A stretch of DNA of 64,000 nucleotides from Mesotaenium endlicherianum (taxonomy: Eukaryota), in assembly GCA_009602735.1 (NCBI GenBank), contig WELA01002297.1, positions 335,097 through 399,096 on the forward strand. The letters run 5' to 3'. The position numbers were made by a program, and so were the translations under genes. The notes under the pieces were generated by a model. That model searched no databases. It had not been told where the DNA came from and saw only the letters and a program-made list of their open reading frames with translations. Each line of letters opens with the position of its first letter. The stretch's first letter is position 1. Shown piece after piece: positions 25,899 through 35,835 of the stretch.

Positions 25899-26377
25899 TG
25901 TAGTGATTTGAGTTATTATATATTAGTTTGCATATATTTTGATGTTTTCAAATATATTTGAAGTAGTATTGTGTGGATTCATGTGTGAATAGGTACTCTA
26001 GTAACTTGGTTCATGTCCTTTGAACCTTCCAAGGCATTTTCGAAGTTAGAGGAAAGACCTAGAAGAACTCTATGTGGCAAAAGTCAAATGTGCCATTTTT
26101 AGGTCAAAAGGACATGTGTACATTATTCTAGAAAGAGGTGGCAACACATCAACATACACTTTCCTATAAATTACTTATGTAACAAGTATATAAACAAGAG
26201 CTAGAACATAGAAAGACATTCCAGAATCACTCTTGTACTTGCCAAAATCCAGAAATATATTAACTTTCAAGAAGCCATCTCTCTTTCAAGAAGCTACCAC
26301 TTGTGTTCAAAGATCCTTGTCTTGAATAGATAAAATATTTTATTTCACTAAGTACTTTATCTATCTGTTTCACTACA
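25899..26377. mobile_element. Solo LTR (479 bp) with 5-bp TSD
   Basis: TGTAGTGA...TCACTACA inverted termini flanked on both sides by TATCC (25894-25898 and 26378-26382). Confidence 0.9.
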
Positions 26378-29008
26378 TATCCCCTTCTTGTGCTACGCTG
26401 CTGCCCTCTCTTTGCCAACCTGATCTCCCCTTTGTTTTGGCCTACTGCTCTCCCCTTTGTCTGCCCTATTCCTGGCCCTTTGTTTGCTTTGCTGCTCTCT
26501 CTTTGCCTGCTGTTGGTGCTCTCTTTTTCAGCAATTTAGTGCCCTCTCTGTGTGCCTTGCTGTTGCCCCCTTTTGTTTGCCCCGCTGCTCTCTTTGTGCC
26601 CTGCTGCTCCCATCTTTTTCTTGGCGTTTTGGTGCAATTATTTGTCATGCTCTATTTATTGCCTGCTGCATCCCTCTTGCTTGCTTGCTTATTGACTTGC
26701 TTTTAAATTATCTTTGAATGCAGGCTACTATCTAGACCCCGAGTTTCAGAACCATGAGTCTTGGACCGCTGACAAGTGTCCACTCACCAACTGGTGCAAT
26801 GTGCGGGATACCCTTGTCGGAGGAGGTGTGGTCGACCAAGCGTTGGTGGAACAAGAATTGGCGCTCTACCGTCAAAGTGGTGAGCATTTTGGTGATGAAG
26901 TTGTGAAGGATAATAGAACCATGATGCCTGCTCACGTATGGCGGGAAACATATGGAAGCCCATGCCCTCATCTTCAGCTCCTTGCTATGAGGTTTTGTCG
27001 CAACGTGGTTCAGCAGTTGCATGTGAGAGGAATTGGTCTGAGTATGAGTTTGTCCAAAGTCCACTTTGGAATAGGTTGCTTACTACTAGGGCAAAGAAGT
27101 TAGTGTATGTGCATTTCATATTGAGACTTTAGGAAAAGAGTGTGGACTTTCTTGGGCTAAGTGTCGGCGCAACTCCATGGGTTGTTGAAGCAGAGGAGGG
27201 TCCTAACATGGATGGATTGTTGAGTGAGTTGGAGGATAATGAAGAGGTAAAGGAAGAGGAGATGGTCGAGCTTCCTATTGTTGCAACACTCGGAAGAAGA
27301 AGAGCTAGATTGATGAATTACTAGATGTGATATTCAATGAGCTTGTACGTAATAGAGCTAGGATGTACTTAATGTGCAGTTGAAGAATTTGAGGAACACA
27401 CTTGACTTCAATTTTTGGTGCATTATAATTTTTTGTTGCATGACGTATAATTGATGTACATGGTATGGAGTTTGCGACATAAGATGAGAGATAGTGGTGC
27501 ATTATGTGTTTAATTGGTCCTGTAATTTGTAAATATTTAAGTGCCATTGTGAAGTTATTAGACATAACTCTCATTAAGTTAATCCAATCATGAATTTTTT
27601 CTGCAAAAAATACTTTGCAACCAATCATACACATGTCACAATAAAACATAACAACCAATGCAACACATTGTTGTCACATACATATTGAAGGAGCTTAAAT
27701 TACAAGTATGTATTGATTTGAAAGGAGGGTCGTACAATTATAGAAATATTAATGCCAAAGGTCTGCAATAAAATTTAATTGTCAAAGTGTAGCGTGCAGA
27801 GCGCACATAGCGTACTAGATGTACTAAGGTCGGACAGTCCAAAAAAAACCCATAAAAATAAAAAAAGTACCATTTGAACAAAACAAAAGTATGAACCACG
27901 ACGTTGTACTCTTACACGTGCAACCGACAAGAAACGTCGACGTTGACGCCGTCGAGACTTGGCGTACTAGGCATACTAAGCGGACTTGGCATAATTTTAC
28001 ATGTAACGGTCTAAGCGGACTAGCGTATTAGCTGAACTAAGCTCACCAGCGTACGGCGTAACCCTGGTTCCAAGGCCACAGGAGAGCCAACGAGGCACGG
28101 TCCAGCCGACGCTTGAAGACTTCCCCCTTTGTGTATCATAGAAAGTTAGAACTAAGGAGTTCCCAAAGGGAATCTCTAATAGCAAGAAGCGAGAGCTTGC
28201 AGAATGAAATCTGCTAGGAGTTCTAGCACAAAATTTGGATCAAACACCACAAGCGTGCGAGAGCACATAAAATGGTGAGTGCTGTGTTAGTTTGGAAGTT
28301 CTCAGAATTCTCAAATGTCGAATTGCTGTTAGCAAGAGCAGCGCTTGAAGCTCTCAGTGAACAATTGAGTAAGCTTAGCCATAAGTGGAAACTTCTAATG
28401 CAAGGCGTTGGGCGAAGAGCTCAACTCCAGCCGGCAGTAGAGTCATAAGTCCAGAGTTTTGTAAGCTGTGACTTTTTGACATTGAGCAAAAGCCTGAAAG
28501 GCGACTTTCTTTGAAACATTGATATTGCTGGTGCTAATCTGCTCAGACGTAATTTTTGCGAACTACAATTTGTTCACTTGGTTAAGCCATCAACTTGGGC
28601 GAAAGCCTATTTGGAAGTAAGGCACTTTTGCCCTACTTCTGAAAACTTCGGTTGATTGGTTAAGGTGAATAAGAATTTCCAAGCAAATTGGGGATTGAGG
28701 CCTGTGAAGGCTGCCGGTGTTCATCCTGGAAAGGGACCCGGAGAAATTCAACTGTATATGCGATTGAGGAGTGGAAGGAGATATCATCCGGTGTAGCCTA
28801 TGGGAGGCTCTAACTTCAGCCAGCGTTCACGAAGGAGTGAGACATTTGAGCAAGCTGATAACCTGTGGAGAGAGCTCTCGTCGGAAGACAAGTTGCAACA
28901 CACCTCTGCAAACGGCGAAACTTCGTATAACGCACGTATCTTTGCGCCTGGTTTGGGCAGAGAACAAGCACACCCGAAGAAGTCAAGGAGTGCTGGTCAC
29001 CTTTCGAG

Positions 29009-30720
29009 ATGACTGTTGAAGGTAGGAATGAAAGTCCTAAATTCAAGCTGTCCACAAAGTGCTTCAGTGGACGAATTGGCGGAAATAGTCTCACTTTCGA
29101 AGAGTTTGATGAGTAGCTCTTGCTAGTTGTCAAAGCGTTATGGAAGCTGGGAATGACCAACTGGACCTTGAGCACTGTTTGCGTCGTTTCCTTAAATTGC
29201 TTGAACACAATTTTCCGGAAGACTGCAGTCTCAAGGTGCACTATTATGTGAATTTTGTTCGTCAAAAGAACAAGACAATTATGGAAGTTAAATCAAGACT
29301 GGTGGATCTTGCCAAGAAGGCAGGAATCTATGAATCCAAGATTGTGGTTGACAAATTCTTGTTGTGCTTGGGAAAGGAAACAGATCGTGAAGTCAGGCCA
29401 CACCTTTTTGCAAAACGCAAAATTGATTGGAACATCGACGAGGCTACAGAAATTGCACGCAATGTCGAAGAAGGTAAAGTCTGGTACAAGGAGGCCTTCA
29501 GGACACTTTTGGATCCTGAGAAAAAGGAGGAATCCTCTTTGCCTAAGGCCAACAGCTCTAATCTTCACTTTAAAAAGAAGAGGGGGTCATTTAATAGGTT
29601 TGCTAAGCATGCCAACACCGCTGAGACAGCGGAAGATTGTTGGAATTGCGGGAAATTAGGACATCTGAAGAGAGATCGTCCGCACCCAGATGCTAAGCAA
29701 CTATCTCCTAGCAAGGAACAGGTATGCACCCACTGCAGCAAGAAGGGACATTCCAAAGATGAGTGTTGGTCTAAGAAGCCAAACCTAAAGCCACCTTGGG
29801 CTAATGCTGCCACGAAAGAGGCAGAAAGAGTGAAAAAGAAAGGAAAGGATAACTCTGTGGCGACCAAAAAGGCAAACAGAAGTTTGATGCCATGAGGGTC
29901 AAGATTGCTGAGCTGAAAGCTCAATTTGCAAGGCTAAACGCACCTAATGTCTACTGTGATGCAGATGTGGCCGAGAAAGCCGTTTGCAAAGGCGAGAAGT
30001 TGATGCCTGAGAAGGTAACAATTGTAACGGCTAGTGAGCGCGCGGATCACAATCGTCTGGTACCAAGCAATGCTCCGAAGCTCCCTCAGAACTTTTGGAT
30101 CACTCTGGATGAGGATACGATCGCACAGCTACGCCGTGCAAGGATTGGGTTGCGTAAGACTTTCATAATTTCTCATTGGACAAGCTAAAAACTCTATTGG
30201 AACACCGAATTCAACATACTTCTTTGGCTGATTTGCATATCGCATTTCCTTTTACAATCAAAGATGCCAAACGGCAGCTGGATATAGTTGAGAAAGGTGC
30301 AAACAGTGCCTCGTTGCCTACCAATTTCAGTACTGTGAGAGTGCAAAATAAGGAAGGTTTGTTGAAGTTCAACAACCGGTCCGCCCCCAACATGTTGTTG
30401 AATACAGGTGCATAACTAGTTATCTTGGTAAAGCGAGCCGTTAAGGTCCTGAGATTCACTGCAAGGGACCTGAAAGAGAGTCCTTTCTAGTTGAGGACAG
30501 CATCAGGGCAAATCACCAAGTCTTGCGAAGTCACATGCAAGCCAGTGAAAATCACAGTTGATTCGGGAAAACCTGAGGAGGCGTGATTGTGGATTGAATG
30601 CACAGTTACGGAGGTCGAGAATTATGACGTATTGCTAGGGACAAAAGCTTTAATCCCTCTCGGCATGGTTATTGATTTGCGAAAGCAATAAGTAACCTAC
30701 CAGCAAATTGATAGGCAACC
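29009..30720 (+). pseudogene. gag: Outer DNMT-Gypsy element: gag and aspartic protease (degenerate)
   Basis: Two knuckles CWNCGKLGHLKRD and CTHCSKKGHSKDEC; protease-like MLLNTGA and downstream YDVLLG. Confidence 0.85.
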
Positions 30721-31039
30721 AGTAGGACAAATTCCTGTAAAAATGGTGTGCCACAGTGAGGCAAGTTACAGAATTTTGGACTGTTGCGCCACCATCGAGT
30801 ACCCAAAACTCTATGCTACGCTGATGAGGAAGGAGAAGACAGCATATTCCACTATTAACATGCCACTACCCTTGATCTGGCAGCCAGACAGGATAGCAAA
30901 CCTAGAAGTAGTGAGTAACCTGGATCGTGGTCCGCAAGAGCTACTACTAATACCTTATCCAGCTACATCAGCACTAAACCTGATGCCAAGGGTGGAGCCG
31001 ATATCTCAAGCAACTGTCAGGATGAATAATTTATTCAGA

Positions 31040-31715
31040 GAGACTGGAGTGACGGTGTAGGAACTATTTGGAAGAATGAGATTGGGCACTATCGCACTGA
31101 TCCAAAGAGGCATTAAGGTATCAAAGGTCCTCTATGTGGACAATGACGAAGATGCCTTTTGCGCTTTTCAGGAAGCAATGGGCCAATTACGAACAATGTA
31201 TCATTTTTAGAACTTGGCACCTACCACTCAGCAGGTGGAGCGCATGGCTGATGGATGCATTATGAACGTCATGCTAGGAAGCTTGAACCCATACCAGATT
31301 GACTGGGTTTTTGTCGAATTTCCTTGGCAGCCATTCTTTAAGCTGGAAGCCGAAAGAGCTTCAGGGATCACCGAACGCAACACTGCGGAAAGATGGTGAA
31401 AATCATCCAGTTGCTACAGGAGCAACACTGACAGTTCTCACCAGTGTATGCGATTGAGAATGTGCATCCAAGACTGGACAACAAGAAGATGAAGCCTGGA
31501 GCTCCGTGGCTGAATTTTTACTCTACGTTAGGTCATCATGTTTTGCTGAACGATGCAAGGCACAGAGGATTGTCTCAACAAGCCAGGATATTGTGGACGA
31601 ATGGTATGCCCATCAAGCATTTGAGAGCTACGGAGACAATTTCACGACGACCTTCCAACTCAAAGAGCGTGGGAGAAGTACTGGGAGTAATCACCAGACC
31701 AGCATTCAGAAGAGA
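31040..31715 (+). pseudogene. C5 DNA cytosine methyltransferase domain (N-terminal part) in the pol of the outer Gypsy
   Basis: Motifs in canonical order: I GVTV*ELFGR, II KVLYVDND, IV IDWVFVEFPWQPF (from PCQ), VI YAIENV, VIII DARHRGLSQQARILWTN. Cut by the insertion at 31716. Confidence 0.8.
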
Positions 31716-32994
31716 TGTCGTGCGGTAGGAGATCGAGTGCGCATCATTGACACAAGCAATGCACAATAAGCAAGCAGGCTTTGCTGCAATGAAGTCTATG
31801 GTGCATGTGGCTTTATGGCCAAAAAGACGGTCAAGCGTCAATTGTTTTAATTCCGGGCGAGAGCTCCACAAGGAGTGTGTACTCTCCAGAGTGAGCACCT
31901 CAAGATTGTAATCTGGTAGGAAAACAACTAATGAAGTTTGGCCCAAAAGATCACTGGAAGCACTTCATGATCTTCAAGAGTTGTCCTATGGCAGGCTTTA
32001 AGCTGTGACTTTGCTCACCACTTGTGAAGTTCTTCAAGTGATTGGAAGCCAAGAGGGCTTGCTCTTTACAAGAGAGAAACTATGTGGTCCTGAAAACACA
32101 AGAGGTAAAAGTGTAAGCTTTACTGATAATCTCTGTGACTTACTACTGGCATAATGGGATTTCTAAAAAGATGTTTCTCCAGGGATATCTCTAGTACTTA
32201 TACTCCTGGAAACCCGGCGTCGTATGTGGCGGATCCGATGTATGCAGTTACTCTAGGAGGCTCTCCCATGTCCACTAATGTGTACGAAGCATGTACTAGC
32301 ACTCCTATAGGCTAAGCATAACTCAAGCCAATCAAAGCAAAGCACGTAGAATATGCTATGTGTCTCTCATTGGTGGAGCTTACCTTGGGTGATTCTACTT
32401 AGATAGCGCCTCAAAAGTGCCTCTGGAACTTGAGGAAGCTTCCTCTAGGAGTAAGTGATGCAGTCACCAAGTTATAGCCTCAAAGATGCACTTATACCAT
32501 GGAAATGCAAGGCTTATGTAGTCTGAGGGGCTCGCGGATTTTTGCATACAAAGCTAGGGGTCCTTGGGGTCTCGAATAGCCAACAATGTCACCTTTGGGT
32601 ACATTGAGTCACAAATCGGCCATTTGGTGTGACTCCGCTATGGGCCAAAAGGGGTGCAGACTAGATCGCGCCTATCTCGCTCGATACTTAACCAAATGAC
32701 GCAAAACCGGTGCCATTCGGAAGACGCTTCAACGCGCTACACTTTGGTGACTTGGAATTCTAGAAAAGGTCAATATATAGATGCGTAAGGTCAATGCAAA
32801 GTCGGTCTTCCTAGGTTGATGGTTCACACAAGTGGAGCTCAATTTTGTACGTCAACCTCGACTCCATAAATCATGATAGCTGTCGTGCGGTAGGAGATCG
32901 AGTGCGTATCATTGACACAAGCAATGCACAATAAGCAAGCAAGCTTTGCTGCAATGAAGTCTATAGTATAGCCAAAAAGACGGTCAAGCGTCAA
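31716..32994 (-). repeat. 3' terminal repeat block: A (31716-31841), B (31870-32878), GC, A (32881-32994)
   Basis: The two A copies match each other; B matches 50282-51291. Purine tract GGGAGGGG on the minus strand at 33006-33013. Confidence 0.9.
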
Positions 32995-33019
32995 ATACTT
33001 TATTTCCCCTCCCGAGCTC

Positions 33020-34500
33020 TCAGCCACGAGCTGATGGGCTGTGATCGCTCCCTAAAGCTAAAGCAGTGCAGTCACTGTAGAACTAGTCTCCAATTGGCAC
33101 GCGGGCCAGTGGCGGGTCAAGGCAGCCGATGTGGAAGCCGAGGTTGCAGTTGTCGCAGAGCAGCATCCTGGCCTCCTGGCCGGAGCTGTGGCAGATCTGG
33201 CACGCCCAGCCTTTGGGCGGCCGTGCATCGCGGGGACGAACCTGCATGTCAAGGTTAGGAAGGTGGCGTGGTCCATAGTTCTTCGTGTGGTCCTTGTGAA
33301 GACGGCCATCTGCGCCTTCCAATTCTAGAACTCCTGACGCCAAGACACGCTTGATGCGCAGGATGACGAGCGAACTACTGGTATCGAGAGTGTTCTTCGT
33401 CTAGCGTCGCAGGTACACGAAGTCACCTGCAAAGAACTGCAACACCCGAGGGCGGTAGGCTCCTCCACGAGTCATGGCATACCTTAGTGTGTTGCGGTGC
33501 TGAGCAATGCTAAGGTTGTCCATGGCCATGGGCATTAGGCGCTGAAAGAGCTGTGCACGCTGCCCGATAAGAGCGCTCCATGTCTCGAGACTGTCCAAGT
33601 CCAAGAAGTTCTCGGTCACGGTCCTGGCTGCTGCGGGCAGAAGTGGCTGTCGGCCGTAGAGAAGGAAGTAGGGAGAATGCGAGGCCAGGGAGGCTCGCTT
33701 ACTGAACCTGTACCCCATAGCCAACCATGGAAGGGCGTCGTCCCAGTGGGTGCTGTCGTGGGCCAGGCAGTACTTCCGCAGCCTAAGCTTGACGGTCTGC
33801 ACCATGCGCTCAGCAAGGCCGTCAGCCGAGGGATGGTCACGGGAGGTAGTGCGGTGGTCGATCATCGAGCGCTCCAGCAGCTTTTGAAAGCTGCCCTGGA
33901 ACTCCTTGCCTTGGTTGGTTAGGACCTCAGGGTAGCCGCCAAAGCGGCTAGGGACCTGGTCGAGGAAAGCTTGCGCAATCCCCTCACTGGCCTTGCTGGG
34001 CAACAATACAAGCTCAATCCATTCGAACATGTGCTAAATCATCACCAAGACATAGAGGTTGCCTCGGCGAGACTTGGGCAGCTCCCCAGCCAAGTCGAGC
34101 AACCATTTGTAAAACAGCCCCTGAATAGGGAGAGGGCTGAGAGCGACGGTGTGAGCTCTGAAGCTCGAGCGCACCCGGTCGCAAAGAGTGTAGCTGCTGA
34201 CGATGTCGGCGACGACCTTAGTCATGCCGTACCACCATTACTCAGCCTGGAGGAGGCTGAGAGTGCGCTTAACACCGAAGTGTCCAAGCGTCTCATGCAC
34301 ACGTCGCACCAGCTGGTTGTGTATAGCAAGCTCAGGAACCACCAAGACGCAGCCGTTCGCCATCACTGGCCGCATGCGCCCCTCCATGAAGACGAAGTCT
34401 CGGCTGCGCTTGAGGATACGATCGCGCTCGCGTGCAGTGATGCCTGGGGCCAACTCCTTGGCCATGACGTACTGCAGCACTGGGGCGTCGTCCCACACGT
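33020..34500 (-). pseudogene. Integrase and C-terminal PHD finger of the inner Gypsy
   Basis: HETLGHFG, LDLAGELP, TNQGKEF, DGLAERMVQT, and PHD CQICHSSGQEARMLLCDNCNLGFHIGCLDPPLARVPIGD*FYSDC. The frame ends at TGA 33020-33022; several internal stops. Confidence 0.93.
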
Positions 34501-35490
34501 CCTCTAGCCCGCGCTGCCAGCTGTTTTGCTCCTCCGCTGCAGCCAGTGCCAGTCGCCGAGTGGTGACAATCACCATGTCTAGGCTAGTGAGCCCTGCGGG
34601 CCGCACGTCGCTGTCAACGGTGAAGGCCAAAAACGCCGCCGCGTGCCAGGCCACTGGCTCTTCCTCATTGTGGCGGGCTACTGTGAGGTCCCTTGAAGAG
34701 GGCAGGGGGTTGCGGCTGAGGCCATCGACGTCCAGGTTCGTTGACCCTGGACGATGGTGCACGTCAAAGGTGTACACCTGCAAGATGAGCGCCCACCGTG
34801 CATACTTGCCTGTCAGGCCCTCTGACGTCATGAGCCACTTGAGTGGCTGATGGTCGGTGACCAAGCGGAAGTGGGTGCCATAGAGATAGTGCTTGAAATG
34901 CACAATCGCCCATACCGTTGCCAGGCACTCCCCCTCATAGGAGCCGTAGTTGCCCTCGGCACGATTGTTGCTGCGGCCGGCGTACGCCACCACATGCTCA
35001 AAGCCGTCATGCTCCTGCACCAGCACTGCTCCAAGCCCTGCCTGCAACCAGTCAGTGTGGAAATGGAAGGACTTCTGGTAGTCAGGCCGCTGTAGTACTG
35101 GGGCGCTCACCAACAGCTCCTTGAGCTTGTTAAACGCCGCCTGCTGCTCTGGTCCCCATACGTAGGCAACGCCCTTGCGTAGCAAGTCGTTGAGCAGCTA
35201 GGCCAGCTTGCTAAGCCCAGGTACAAAGCGGCGGTAGTAGTTGGCGATGCCAAGGAAGGCCCTCAGCTGCGAGAGGTCGGTCGGCGGCGGGATGCCAGTG
35301 ATGGCCGAGATCTTGACCAGCTGAGGGGCCAGGCCACTGAAAGACAGGAGATGCCCAAGGTACTCCACCTCTCGGGTCCCAAAGGTGCACTTGCCTGGAT
35401 GACACTTAAGCCCAACGGCCACCAAGCGGTCCAGGATTGCAGTGATGTGCACCACGTGCTCCTCAAACATCTCACTAAAGACGAGCACAA
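34500..35490 (-). pseudogene. pol: RT C-terminal part and RNase H of the inner Gypsy
   Basis: LKCHPGKC, VEYLGH, LRAFLGIANYYRRFV, HTDW, YAGRSNNRAEGNYGSYEGECLA, TDHQPL. The N-terminal RT including YxDD is deleted. Confidence 0.93.
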
Positions 35491-35835
35491 GGCCGTACGC
35501 GGGTCAGCGAGCGCGCCTCCCCGTCTTGCAATGGAGGAGCCCTGGTACTCCCAGCCAGCGATGATGAGGTTGATGGGCCCCAGGCGTGTGATGTGGTCGG
35601 CGGTGATGTCGCGGATGTCCATAGGCCAGTCACTCTGGGCGCGGTAGAAGGTGTGCTCAGGGAAGAGGTCCAAGAAACGCTCGTGGCACAAGGCCATTTG
35701 CCTGCGGGCCACCTGCTACGCCTCGCCATCAAGGTCCATATAAACGTACCGACGTACTGGGATGCCAGCCTAAAGGGTGGCCAGCAGCCCTGTCGCAATG
35801 TCGGCGAAGAGCTCGACAAGGACAATGCCGCCGGG
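35490..35835 (-). pseudogene. C5 DNA cytosine methyltransferase domain (motifs I-V) in the pol of the inner Gypsy
   Basis: One frame reading through two TAG stops: GIVLVELFADIATGLLATL*AGIPVRRYVYMDLD...PMDIRDI...PINLIIAGWEYQGSS...LADPRTAL, i.e. motifs I (FxG), II, III (DI), IV (GWxCQ, Cys now Tyr) and V (DPR). Confidence 0.85.

Larger units (their letters stand above)
23428..27324 (+). pseudogene. hAT transposase pseudogene (BED finger, DUF659-type core, dimerisation domain), intron about 25007-26722
   Basis: KMKCNYC...GVTRICGHL, SIVAEGWTD, VVQLCIDTAAN, WTPCAAH, TRFASNF, then after the intron GYYLDPEF and ACERNWSEYEFVQSPLWNRL. Many stops and frameshifts. Confidence 0.9.
13794..28066 (+). mobile_element. 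Large degenerate hAT DNA transposon hosting a Copia element and a solo LTR
   Basis: Right TIR ...GCGTACGGCGTAACCCTG ends at 28066. Left subterminal GTACGCTTAAATAAGCGTACTGA matches the 5' end of the hAT at 37805-41878, but the outermost ~35 bp are missing. Transposase inside. Confidence 0.8.

Noticed and set aside
24962..25903. 313-aa hydrophobic membrane-protein-like ORF
   Set aside because: Translation of the intronic pyrimidine tandem repeat.
33020..33085. Chromodomain after the PHD finger
   Set aside because: The frame ends about 20 codons after the PHD; no chromodomain motif.
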